64,000 nucleotides of DNA from Patescibacteria group bacterium (GTDB lineage Bacteria > Patescibacteriota > Minisyncoccia > Phycocordibacterales > PALSA-1337): the NCBI GenBank assembly GCA_038061795.1, contig JBBTYL010000002.1:13193-77192 (forward strand), written 5' to 3'. Below are positions 27,114-36,223 of this stretch, piece after piece. The position numbers and the translations under genes are program-made. The notes beneath the pieces were generated by a model. That model was given only the letters and a program-made list of their open reading frames with translations. It searched no databases and was not told the origin of the DNA. How positions within the stretch are numbered: the stretch's first letter is position 1; each line of letters starts with the position of its first letter.

Positions 27114-28340
27114 ATGGCATTTTACTCCTCAACCATACTTTACATAGCGCTTTTTTTCGGCCTGTATTACCAAATCTTTCTTTTGGTGACCTTTTTTGAA
27201 AAAGAAGAAGAAAATAGCCCTCTCGGAAAAAAGAAATACGAACCGACAGTCACGATAATTGTTCCATGTTTCAACGAAGCAAAGACCGTGACAAAGACCG
27301 TTCTCTCCCTGCTGGCCCTTGATTATCCAAAAGAAAAGCTTTTCATCACCATCGTTGACGACGGCAGCACTGACTCAACCTACCAGGAAGCATCGAAAAT
27401 AGCTCATCTCGGCAACATACACATCATCAGACAGGAAAACTCTGGGAAGTATGTCGCGCTGAATAAGGGCATAGGAGCGTCCGAGTCGGAAATAGTCGGT
27501 TGCCTCGACGCCGACTCTGCCGTAGCCCCAGGAACTCTCTTAAAAATGCTTCCTTATTTCTTGCAAGATAAAGTGGTTGCTGTGACTCCGGCAATGAAAG
27601 TTCATGACCCCAAAACGCTGCTTCAGAAGATCCAGAATGCAGAATACAACATCGGCATCCTGCTCAAGAAGATCATGGGCAAGCTTGACGCGATACACGT
27701 GACGCCTGGACCATTTTCGCTCTTCAAAAAATCCGTCTTCAAGGAAATCGGGTACTTCCGGCACGCGCATAACACCGAAGACATGGAGATAGCCTTCAGA
27801 ATACAGAACCATCATTACAGGATCGCCAACTGCCCCCAAGGGTTCGTCTACACCATTACTCCGCCGACATTCAGGAAGCTCTATAAGCAAAGGGTGCGCT
27901 GGACATACGGCTTCTTGAAGAATGCCATAGATTACAAACATATGTTCTTCAACAAGAAATATGGAAATATAGGAACACTCACCCTACCCTTCGCCATCAT
28001 CTCGGTAATCACCGCCTTCCTGATCATCGGAAACAGCCTTTATCACTTTTCGTCCTATGTTGTTGAAAATATCCAGAGGTATATGGTTGCGGGAGTGACA
28101 TTCGATTGGTTTTCCTTCGATGTTTTCTTCCTTAACACAAGCTCGATCGCTTTATTGACCTTTATCATGTTATGCAGTAGCTTTAGCATCATTCTCTTGG
28201 CTTGGAGGATGGCTGAAGGTAAAACGAAAATCACTCGAGACATCGTATACTTCATCACGCTATACGGCTTCATCGCGCCATTATGGCTCGCAAAGGCTTC
28301 ATGGAATACGATTGCCTCGAAAGCCGTCTCCTGGAGGTAA
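27114..28340 (+). CDS. Processive family-2 glycosyltransferase (membrane-embedded, QxxRW type)
   Basis: TIIVPCFNE, DDGSTD, DAD and QRVRW motifs. N- and C-terminal TM helices. Start moved to an internal Met to avoid overlapping the convergent methyltransferase. Confidence 0.75.
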   Translation: MAFYSSTILYIALFFGLYYQIFLLVTFFEKEEENSPLGKKKYEPTVTIIVPCFNEAKTVTKTVLSLLALDYPKEKLFITIVDDGSTDSTYQEASKIAHLGNIHIIRQENSGKYVALNKGIGASESEIVGCLDADSAVAPGTLLKMLPYFLQDKVVAVTPAMKVHDPKTLLQKIQNAEYNIGILLKKIMGKLDAIHVTPGPFSLFKKSVFKEIGYFRHAHNTEDMEIAFRIQNHHYRIANCPQGFVYTITPPTFRKLYKQRVRWTYGFLKNAIDYKHMFFNKKYGNIGTLTLPFAIISVITAFLIIGNSLYHFSSYVVENIQRYMVAGVTFDWFSFDVFFLNTSSIALLTFIMLCSSFSIILLAWRMAEGKTKITRDIVYFITLYGFIAPLWLAKASWNTIASKAVSWR

Positions 28341-28358
28341 CGCAAAACCTAGAACCTT

Positions 28359-29045
28359 ATGGTTTCAAAGAAAAAATACATCATCGTCTTCCTGATTACT
28401 GCTGGAATATTCGCAGTAGCTTTTATCGTGAGCAATTATCTAAATGATAAGAGATATGAGGTCATAAAGACGACTGCGGACAAGATTTCCATAGACATCC
28501 TGTCTCTCGAGACCCAATTCGAGCTTTTTCAGGAATCCTCATGCGCCTCCCTCGCCAACCCAGTGCTGTCCGACGAGATCAATGCGCTTGCCGACAGGCT
28601 CTCATACGCTGAAAATCAGCGCGGTATAGATGATGATGACGTGATAACGCTCAAGAAATATTATTCCCTCCTTGAGATAAAGGACTACCTCGTCATGAAG
28701 AAAGTCGACAAAAGGTGTGATGTCAATCCGATTTCGATACTTTATTTTTACACCAACGACGAAGGCTGCGAAGACTGTGCGAAGCAGGGTTATGTGCTCA
28801 CGAAACTGCGAAGCGACTATCCCCTTCTAAGGATATACAGCTTCGACTACGACCTCGATTTGAATGCGATCAGGACGCTTACTACTATCAGCAAAATACC
28901 GAAGGATCAGCTGCCAGCTATAGTCATAGAGGGAAAAACTTATACGAAATTCCAAAGCGTTGAGGATATAAGGAAAATCATTCCTGAGTTGACTGCAACA
29001 AGTTCTGCGACCTCAACACAAGCCACAACGACACAGAAAAAATAG
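28359..29045 (+). CDS. Hypothetical membrane-anchored protein with a CxxC motif (possible thioredoxin-like)
   Basis: N-terminal TM, then YFYTNDEGCEDCAKQG. Sits next to VKOR/DsbA genes. Confidence 0.35.
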   Translation: MVSKKKYIIVFLITAGIFAVAFIVSNYLNDKRYEVIKTTADKISIDILSLETQFELFQESSCASLANPVLSDEINALADRLSYAENQRGIDDDDVITLKKYYSLLEIKDYLVMKKVDKRCDVNPISILYFYTNDEGCEDCAKQGYVLTKLRSDYPLLRIYSFDYDLDLNAIRTLTTISKIPKDQLPAIVIEGKTYTKFQSVEDIRKIIPELTATSSATSTQATTTQKK

Positions 29046-29463
29046 AAAGTGAGATCACCGCAGAAACGACGCAATACTGACAGAACGCTTTGATGGCAAA
29101 AACCATGATATACATGAAAGCGAGCGAGGCTAGAGCGCCAAAAACCGACAGAAGCGCCGGTATCCTCAGGAAAATCTCCTTTTTTGTGTCAAGGTAAAGC
29201 ATAAGCAAGACAACAAAGACGAGGTAGTTCAAAGACCCGATTAACGAAACGGGAATGCCAAATATTTGCGCATACTGACTTGTCAAAACGGACTCGCATC
29301 CCCCGATAGTGCACGGCGGGATTTCGTTTTTGTAGTGCTCGATAGTCAGATATGTCGCATCGGCAAAGCCGATAAGCGCTAGCACAAGCAAAGCTATCGG
29401 AATCCACTTAGGAATTCGTTGCGGCTGCAGCGGCGTCGTCAATAATTTTCTTAAATTCTTCAT
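28978..29463 (-). CDS. Vitamin K epoxide reductase (VKOR) family protein
   Basis: CxxC in the first loop (CTIGGCES...), active-site CQYC in TM4, four TM helices. Confidence 0.75.
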   Translation of the reverse strand: MKNLRKLLTTPLQPQRIPKWIPIALLVLALIGFADATYLTIEHYKNEIPPCTIGGCESVLTSQYAQIFGIPVSLIGSLNYLVFVVLLMLYLDTKKEIFLRIPALLSVFGALASLAFMYIMVFAIKAFCQYCVVSAVISLSIFSVSLWLVLRSQNLLQSTQE

Positions 29464-30106
29464 ATCCTTGAGGATTGCTTATTTTTTTACCGTTAACATA
29501 AAATGTCGGCGTGCTGTTAATCCCTGCCTTTAGTCCGCTTTTGATATCGGCATCAATTGCATCACTAACTTCCTTTGAGTCAACATCCTCAGCGTATTTT
29601 GCCATATCAAGACCAAGCTTCTTGGCATATCCAGAAAAGACCGGTTTTATGTCAGTCACTGATTCCCACTCTGTCTGCGTCTCAAAAATCATTCCGTACA
29701 TCTCCCAGAACTTGCCCTGATTTCCTGCAGCTTCAGCAGCCTCTGAAGCTGGTATCGCATTGCCGTGCTGCGGCAGCGGAAAATGTCGGTATACGAAACG
29801 CACGAAGGGATTTTCAGCGACAAGCTTTTCCATGACGGGAAAATATGCGGCACATGCTGGGCACTGGAAGTCGCTGTATTCGATTATGGTTACAAGAGAC
29901 GATGTTGCTGCACCCTTTACCCAATCAGTATCAGTTACCTGATCGACTGCGGCGACTCCTGCGCTTTCCCTCTCAGCCTTATTGGAGGCCGCAACCATTC
30001 CCCAGACGATAAGTCCTATGACAACAATAAATCCTCCCCATGTGAATATTCGTTTCATGTTCATTTGATTAGTTACTGGAGCATTATAGCAGATGCGAGA
30101 ATTCAA
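29408..30106 (-). CDS. DsbA-like thioredoxin-domain oxidoreductase
   Basis: CPAC active site (FQCPACAAYFP) and an N-terminal membrane anchor. Overlaps the VKOR start by ~56 nt. Confidence 0.75.
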   Translation of the reverse strand: MNSRICYNAPVTNQMNMKRIFTWGGFIVVIGLIVWGMVAASNKAERESAGVAAVDQVTDTDWVKGAATSSLVTIIEYSDFQCPACAAYFPVMEKLVAENPFVRFVYRHFPLPQHGNAIPASEAAEAAGNQGKFWEMYGMIFETQTEWESVTDIKPVFSGYAKKLGLDMAKYAEDVDSKEVSDAIDADIKSGLKAGINSTPTFYVNGKKISNPQGYEEFKKIIDDAAAAATNS

Positions 30107-30656
30107 TCAAAAGATAGATGCCAAGCATGTTCATCGCTAAAGCGACCGGGATTAGTACGATAAGGCGGACCTTCGACATTCCCAAGAGGGTTATGCCAAA
30201 CTCATCAGGCAGCGGCGAGGCAATAATCAGCGCACCCAGAAGCGGCGAGAGCCATCTTAGGAAACCAAAATGAAGGGATTTGAGAATATGCCTTACTGTC
30301 GACGGCTTCACAGCTCTCATTAGATCACTAGCGAAACGATCCCTGATAAAGAAAAAAAGGATTAGGTCTCCACACATCGCTCCGAGCCCTCCCCATAGTG
30401 CGACTCCGTGAATCGGGGAATTCTGCGCGATATGAACAAGGGCAACCGACGATGGGGCGAGCGTAAAAGCCGAGGTAAAGAATATTCCTGCGATGAAACT
30501 CGCGAAAATGTAGTAATCCTCGAGAGCATAGACAGCGAAATCAATCGCCCCAACCCTAGAAAGAATGACAGCGATCGCTATTCCGAAAGCGATCATGACC
30601 ACATCGCGCAAAAGCGCGCTACCGTCCCTTTTTCCGTCTTTTTTTCTTTTACTCAT
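30084..30656 (-). CDS. Hypothetical integral membrane protein (5-6 TM)
   Basis: Hydropathy only. Confidence 0.4.
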   Translation of the reverse strand: MSKRKKDGKRDGSALLRDVVMIAFGIAIAVILSRVGAIDFAVYALEDYYIFASFIAGIFFTSAFTLAPSSVALVHIAQNSPIHGVALWGGLGAMCGDLILFFFIRDRFASDLMRAVKPSTVRHILKSLHFGFLRWLSPLLGALIIASPLPDEFGITLLGMSKVRLIVLIPVALAMNMLGIYLLIEFSHLL

Positions 30657-31092
30657 GATGATATCTTTCGCCCCTTAGTATGCTAAAACCCCTGTATATC
30701 TGCTCAGCAAGAATGCTTCTGACGAGTTCGTGCGGAAACACGAGGGAGGATAGCGACCAGGAGAATTGAGCTTTTTCTTTTATCGGATCACTAATTCCAT
30801 ATGCTCCACCAATCACAAAGACTAGATTTTTTATGCTTTCATTAAGTCTCTTGCCAAGAAAATCTGAAAATCCCAGCGATGTAAGCTGCTTGCCTTTTTC
30901 ATCAAGAACGACGACGTACGATTTTTCTGGAATTGCTTTGAGTATTTTTTCGCCTTCGTTCTTAATATCCGAAACAGGTATGAACTTCCATTCTATCGGC
31001 GAGTAATGCGATATTCTCGATGCATATTCCAATGCGACATCCTCACCAAGATATCCTTTGGATTTTCCTGGAGAAATGATGGTTATATTCAT
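30649..31092 (-). CDS. rlmH: 23S rRNA (pseudouridine1915-N3)-methyltransferase RlmH
   Basis: SPOUT fold: MNITIISPGKSKG ... VFVIGGAYGIS ... SLSSLVFPHELVRSILAEQIYRGFSILRGERYHHE. Start trimmed to an internal Met just past the upstream gene's stop. Confidence 0.8.
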   Translation of the reverse strand: MNITIISPGKSKGYLGEDVALEYASRISHYSPIEWKFIPVSDIKNEGEKILKAIPEKSYVVVLDEKGKQLTSLGFSDFLGKRLNESIKNLVFVIGGAYGISDPIKEKAQFSWSLSSLVFPHELVRSILAEQIYRGFSILRGERYHHE

Positions 31093-31093
31093 A

Positions 31094-31993
31094 TTAGAGA
31101 GCGTCACTTGCCTCTTCCGCCAAATCTCGTGCTTCATTGGCCAAATCTTCAGCTTCAGCATAGTCTTCGTCGTCAAACGCTGAACGCGCATCGTCATATT
31201 TTTCCCTTGCTTCATCATAAAAATCCTGCGCTTCGTCGATATCGTCCCCATCGTCGTCCGCATCGGATATGTCGGCTCGCGAATCAGAAATCGCTTCCTT
31301 GGCATCAGCGATCGCGTCCTCCGCGTCCCCTTTGCTTCCGCTGCTCAAATCTTCAGTGGAGTCCTCAGCGTATTTTTTCGCCCTGTTCGCAAGCACGGTC
31401 GCTTCTTCATAATCCTCGTCTATGAATGCGTAGAGTGCATCGAGAAGCTTGTCTTCTGCTTTCTTGACTGTTTCTTCAGCATCATCTATCAGACTTTGAT
31501 CGTCATCAGCATCATCGATATCGTCTTTGGCGGTTTCTATGGCCTTCTTCACTGCCTTAAGTGCATCGAGAGTCTTCTTTTCTGTAGAAGAAACTGAGAC
31601 GATCGGCTTCTCAACTATCGTGGTCGTTGTCGTAACTGCCCCAATCGGAGTCGCTGTTATCCCTGCTGCTTCTGTATCATATAGCGAACGAGAAAGTGGT
31701 CCGAAATACCCCTTTCCGGATGTGACGCTCTTGGATGTCTGCCACTTCGCAAGGGCCTCTTTTGTCTTTTCGCCGAACATATTCGTTTCGCTGCCTGACG
31801 ATCCTATTCCGCTTGACGCGACCGTATAACCCTTTTTATTCAAAAATTTTTGAAGGCATCGCACATCTTCGCCGATGATTCCGACTTCGAGATCGCGTGT
31901 AAAGACGCACTTATCATCGGCGTTTGTAATAGATGGGATAATAATGATTGTAAATGCCACAAAAGCACCAGCGAATATGTTTATCTTTTTCAT
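31094..31993 (-). CDS. Secreted protein with a peptidoglycan-binding domain and a highly acidic repetitive C-terminus
   Basis: Signal peptide. PG_binding_1-like segment (GEDVRCLQKFLNKKGY...GEKTKEALAKWQ). C-terminal half is D/E/A-rich repeats. Confidence 0.5.
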   Translation of the reverse strand: MKKINIFAGAFVAFTIIIIPSITNADDKCVFTRDLEVGIIGEDVRCLQKFLNKKGYTVASSGIGSSGSETNMFGEKTKEALAKWQTSKSVTSGKGYFGPLSRSLYDTEAAGITATPIGAVTTTTTIVEKPIVSVSSTEKKTLDALKAVKKAIETAKDDIDDADDDQSLIDDAEETVKKAEDKLLDALYAFIDEDYEEATVLANRAKKYAEDSTEDLSSGSKGDAEDAIADAKEAISDSRADISDADDDGDDIDEAQDFYDEAREKYDDARSAFDDEDYAEAEDLANEARDLAEEASDAL

Positions 31994-32000
31994 GCGATTA

Positions 32001-32903
32001 TTATATCACAGTGAAAAAACGAAGGAATGTCGCTGGATCAATCGATATCCCATTAATTTTAATGCTTATATGAAGATGTGCGGCCTCTGCATAGCCGGTT
32101 TTCCCGCTCAAGCCAAGTATCTGACCAGTCTTAACGATATCGCCCTCTTTGATATCAAGCTTTGACATATGCATATAGAAGCTTTGAATACCAAATCCGT
32201 GATCGATAACGACTGTATTTCCATATACCGTAAACATTCGAGCTATCCTGACCACACCATTATTTAAGGCCTTCACCTCAGTACCCTCCTCCGCCCTGAA
32301 ATCGGTTCCCTTGTGCACGATCGTTGAGTTAACCGTCTTCCTATCATAACCGTAATCATCAGTGATGAAAATTGATTGCAACGGCAATCCGAACTTTTCT
32401 GTCCACAATTGTTTTTGCTCGGATTTAACACTATTTAGGATTGCATTTTCTTTTGCTAAATTATTTATAAGGGCTTTCTCTGCAGCTGGTGTGTTTCCTC
32501 CAAGTTTCTCTGGGATGCCGAGCGGCCGCTCTATCTTTTCCCTCAAAGTAAAGGTGACCGGTTCTACGATGACCATTCCGTTCGACAAGGTAACCTCGAC
32601 TTCATGCTCTAGATCCTTTTCGTTGAAATCAATCGGAACAAAAACACTAGATTTTCCTTCGAAGGATAGAATCGGCAGGTCTCTGCCATCAAAAGAAATA
32701 CGATTAGGAGAGGAGGTCGCAGTAACAGTTATCATGATCGGGTCACCTGGAAGAATGATCTCTGGCGAAACCATTACGGATTTAATGGACGTCGGTTTTG
32801 TAGTAGCTTCTTGGATAAGAATACTGTTCTCTGATTTGGTCATTAGAAAAAGGATAAAAATTATGATTGAGAGGATTATGATTTTCATAAGGAGGTTTTT
32901 CAT
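32001..32903 (-). CDS. M23-family metallopeptidase (LytM-like)
   Basis: HKGTDFRA ... DHGFG...YMHMS ... AHLHISI zinc-binding motifs. Confidence 0.75.
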   Translation of the reverse strand: MKNLLMKIIILSIIIFILFLMTKSENSILIQEATTKPTSIKSVMVSPEIILPGDPIMITVTATSSPNRISFDGRDLPILSFEGKSSVFVPIDFNEKDLEHEVEVTLSNGMVIVEPVTFTLREKIERPLGIPEKLGGNTPAAEKALINNLAKENAILNSVKSEQKQLWTEKFGLPLQSIFITDDYGYDRKTVNSTIVHKGTDFRAEEGTEVKALNNGVVRIARMFTVYGNTVVIDHGFGIQSFYMHMSKLDIKEGDIVKTGQILGLSGKTGYAEAAHLHISIKINGISIDPATFLRFFTVI

Positions 32904-33059
32904 GGTCTTATTCTAGCATCTAATCGCTTTCGTTATGCCATGATTGTCTCTATAAGTCCACGAAAGAAATGCCTGCGAGAGCCGTCAGTTATCGCGGGGG
33001 TCTAATGCACTCCACCATTATCAGCTTATTTATCAGCCTAATTACATATAAACAAAATT

Positions 33060-34352
33060 ATGAGAAATAACATTTTTTCAGCTGTCATTTTGACAGCCCT
33101 TGTGGCGTCGATAGCCCTGTCTCCTGCAGGAGCATCAGCCCAAACAAAAAAGAACCGGCCGCCGGTCATCAATGGCATAAGTTCTCCGACAGTGCTCAAT
33201 GTGGACGCTGAAGGAACTTGGACCATAAAAGCCTACGACCCAGAAAACAGCAGCCTGAGCTACTCCGTGGACTGGGGAGATGAAGAAAATAACTTCCGAA
33301 CAACAATGCTTGGAAGGAAAGCAGAATTTTCCCAAAGTGCCTCATTCAGCCACTCATACGCTGACGCTGGGACATACAATGTCAAATTTGCCGTCAAGGA
33401 TGATTCCGGGGCCACGGCAAAGTCATCTGTGACTGTCCGTGTAGGAAAAAAATCAAGCAGTTCGCTAAAAATAAGCGATGTTTCAGCAACCTCAACCAAG
33501 CCGAATCGTGCTACGGTAACTTGGAATACAGATATAAAATCAAATTCCGTCCTCTGGTTAAGCACGAAGCCATCGATTGATACCTCGAAAAAGCCTTCGA
33601 TTTACAGGCCGGAACATAGGACCAAGCATAAGATAGAGCTCACCCGCCTCAATCCCGACACCACTTACTACGTTGTCGTGAAGTCATCGACAAAGAAAAA
33701 TAGCGCTATATCATCTGAGTTCTCATTCAAGACTCCTCCTCTCGCAAACTTGGCCCCAGTCATAAAAAGCATTGACGGGCCTAAATCCCTCGAAGTCGAG
33801 CAAGAGGGCACATGGACCCTAAACGCATACGATCCCAAGAATAGTCCTCTCTCATACTCCGTCGATTGGGGGGATGAAGGAGTAAGCGTAATGGCCCGCT
33901 TCTTCACAAAAGAGGATCCGTTCGTCCAGACTTCTACCTTCACCCATAGTTACGCGGAAGCTGGAACGTATGCCATAAAGTTCACAGCCAAGAACGAAGC
34001 CGGCAAGACTACAGAATCGACTGTAAAAGTCGAAGTGACCAAAGCAACTGATACGGTTGCTCCAGTCTTGAGCGCAATCACTACGCAATCAGTCGGTTCT
34101 GATCAGGCCACCATAACCTGGAACACTGATGAAGCTTCCGATTCAGCAATCTATTACTCTACGACGTCTCCCGTCATCCTTGATGATGAGGATACTGCGT
34201 CCGTGACAGATTCAAGCCTCGTCACAAGCCATTCCCTATCAGCCACCGACCTCGTCGCAAGCACGACGTATCACTTCCTTGTCCAATCAAAGGACTCTGC
34301 TGGAAACGCGGCAACTTCGAGCGAGTTCTCGCTGACGACAACTGGAATCTAG
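33060..34352 (+). CDS. Secreted protein with tandem PKD-like plus FN3-like modules
   Basis: Signal peptide. Two copies of ...EGTWT(I/L)(K/N)AYDP(E/K)NS(S/P)LSYSVDWGDE..., each followed by (A/Q)T(V/I)TWNTD FN3-like segments. Confidence 0.5.
   Translation: MRNNIFSAVILTALVASIALSPAGASAQTKKNRPPVINGISSPTVLNVDAEGTWTIKAYDPENSSLSYSVDWGDEENNFRTTMLGRKAEFSQSASFSHSYADAGTYNVKFAVKDDSGATAKSSVTVRVGKKSSSSLKISDVSATSTKPNRATVTWNTDIKSNSVLWLSTKPSIDTSKKPSIYRPEHRTKHKIELTRLNPDTTYYVVVKSSTKKNSAISSEFSFKTPPLANLAPVIKSIDGPKSLEVEQEGTWTLNAYDPKNSPLSYSVDWGDEGVSVMARFFTKEDPFVQTSTFTHSYAEAGTYAIKFTAKNEAGKTTESTVKVEVTKATDTVAPVLSAITTQSVGSDQATITWNTDEASDSAIYYSTTSPVILDDEDTASVTDSSLVTSHSLSATDLVASTTYHFLVQSKDSAGNAATSSEFSLTTTGI
33163..34300 (+). 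repeat. Internal tandem duplication (~590 bp x 2) encoding the two PKD/FN3 modules
   Basis: Amino-acid repeat of aa ~36-235 versus ~236-430 with conserved blocks. Confidence 0.4.
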
Positions 34353-34387
34353 GAGGCCCCCGCAGGAGTGCATCATAGGAATCAATG

Positions 34388-34424
34388 AAATCCCCGATTG
34401 CAGGTGCAGGCGGGGATTTCTATT
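34388..34424. terminator. Hairpin terminator between convergent genes
   Basis: AAATCCCCG...CGGGGATTT stem followed by a T-rich run. Confidence 0.45.
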
Positions 34425-34466
34425 TATCTACCCCGGCTTTATTTCTTAATTCGTGGAAGTTTTTGT

Positions 34467-35009
34467 CTAAATTATATTAACTGGGTATAGGAAGTCACTC
34501 TTCTCAATTTGAATTTTCTTAACAAACTTGGTTCCTTTTCCATCTTGATCTTTTTTTGAATATTGCCAGTTGCTATTAGCATCTTTTTCAAACTCTTCGG
34601 AATTTTCAATTAAATATACGTAACCCGTATCCCCAATAGTATCTTCTTCTGGGCCTTCTATCGTCAAAACAAGATTTGATCTATTATCAATCACATTCAT
34701 TGGGTAGCTTAAATTTTTTGCATTATTAAGATATATAGCCTTGAGTATGGCTATTGCGGGGTCACTGGAAGCAAATAACACGCCCCTCCCCTGTGAAGTT
34801 ATTTGTTCAGAAAAAGATAAGTTATTTCTTGATCCATGGAAAAGAAAGTTATATTTTTCAGATAAATAATCTAAAAAGTTTTCAGTTGTTATTCCTTGTT
34901 CTTTAAGCTTAGACAAATCTTCGAGGGTTATTTCTTCTTTATCCGAAAATAACATGTAGAATCTTTCTAAAATTTGCCGACTATCAATCTTTTCGTCAAA
35001 TTTTTCCAT
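34467..35009 (-). CDS. Hypothetical protein (AT-rich island, last gene)
   Basis: No recognisable motifs. Co-directional and tightly spaced with the island genes. Confidence 0.4.
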   Translation of the reverse strand: MEKFDEKIDSRQILERFYMLFSDKEEITLEDLSKLKEQGITTENFLDYLSEKYNFLFHGSRNNLSFSEQITSQGRGVLFASSDPAIAILKAIYLNNAKNLSYPMNVIDNRSNLVLTIEGPEEDTIGDTGYVYLIENSEEFEKDANSNWQYSKKDQDGKGTKFVKKIQIEKSDFLYPVNII

Positions 35010-35014
35010 AATAT

Positions 35015-35644
35015 CTAAAGTATACCAGAATTCTTCTCTATTTCTTTCAAAATAACCTGCATATCGGCCATTTTTTCAAAATCAATGTTCGTCCTGTCCA
35101 AAACTATTAATTTTCCAGGGATTTTATCCTTTGAAAAAGCTTTGTTATGCATTTCTTGGTTCAGGACGATGTATTCATCCGAATAGATCTTGCCTGAATC
35201 AAAGTCCCTTTTGCCAAACCTAAGAAAATTCCTGGTATTTTCGGGACTGTTCTGAAGCAAAATAACCAGATCAGGCAAGCCCAATGATTGAGCGTCTATT
35301 TCAAAAATATCCTGGCAGATTTCTCTTTCAAAACCTTCGGTGAGGATAGGGATGTATGGCTCCAAACTCATCCAGAAAGTATCCATAACGACAATCCTCC
35401 CTTCTTTCTTGAGTGTTTCAGCTCTCATGTGATCTTTCACCATCTTGTTCCTAAACCATAGCATCCTCTCAAGCGGCCTTATGTTTTCTTTAATATCTTC
35501 CTTGAGGCGTGGTGGGAAATCCGCCTCTTCCCCCTCCAAGAGGACTTCGGCGCCGTAGTGCTGCGCCAATTTTTTAGCAAGAAAAGACTTACCTGCGCGT
35601 GGCGCGCCGACGATTGCAATAATTTTACCCTGGAGGTTTTTCAT
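35015..35644 (-). CDS. Deoxynucleoside-kinase-like P-loop kinase
   Basis: Walker A IIAIVGAPRAGKS. C-terminal PDLVILLQNSPENTRNFLRFGKRDFDSG...EYIVLNQEMHNKAF parallels dNK/dCK/dGK PDLIIYLRTSPE...R..R.R.EE...YL..LHE.H. Confidence 0.55.
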   Translation of the reverse strand: MKNLQGKIIAIVGAPRAGKSFLAKKLAQHYGAEVLLEGEEADFPPRLKEDIKENIRPLERMLWFRNKMVKDHMRAETLKKEGRIVVMDTFWMSLEPYIPILTEGFEREICQDIFEIDAQSLGLPDLVILLQNSPENTRNFLRFGKRDFDSGKIYSDEYIVLNQEMHNKAFSKDKIPGKLIVLDRTNIDFEKMADMQVILKEIEKNSGIL

Positions 35645-35676
35645 AACGAAATCTCATTAATATATTTATATCAACA

Positions 35677-36222
35677 TTAGTCATCAAGATAATGCATCAT
35701 AATGTCGTACCCCTTCATCACATAATTATCCTTTTCAAGACCAAAGGTATTTTTTGCAAATTCGAACATTTTTTTCTGCATCTTTTCTCCATCCCCATCT
35801 TCGACCACTTGCTCTATTTCAATGAAGCTTCCCAGCCTTTCAACTTCATCAAGCGTAATTGTGTAATTCTTATACTTGGTCATCCGTCGCTTCTTCTTTA
35901 CCGTAACTCCAGGCAAATAATTGAACATCTTCATGATTGGAGCAATTTCTTCCGGATTATCTATCTGAATATTGTGCTCGATGCAATCCAATTCATTCTT
36001 AACTGGCTTCTTAACAGTAAAAGTATACTCGCCATTTTGAATCCTTAAGCGAGGATAAACCCATTCACCTATTTCTGGTTCGAACCATTTCACATCGTCC
36101 TTATGAATGAAATTCCTGTCTTCTTGAGTTTTCTGTTCAGAAATGACGCAACCCAATTCTTTCAGCTTGTTTTCAATTTGATCTAAATCAGGTGCCTTGA
36201 GTTTTATTTCGATTTCTCTCAT
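35677..36222 (-). CDS. CYTH-domain protein (triphosphate tunnel metalloenzyme, CyaB/ThTPase-like)
   Basis: N-terminal EIEIKLK motif, acidic residues patterned along beta strands. ~180 aa. Confidence 0.6.
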   Translation of the reverse strand: MREIEIKLKAPDLDQIENKLKELGCVISEQKTQEDRNFIHKDDVKWFEPEIGEWVYPRLRIQNGEYTFTVKKPVKNELDCIEHNIQIDNPEEIAPIMKMFNYLPGVTVKKKRRMTKYKNYTITLDEVERLGSFIEIEQVVEDGDGEKMQKKMFEFAKNTFGLEKDNYVMKGYDIMMHYLDD

Positions 36223-36223
36223 G

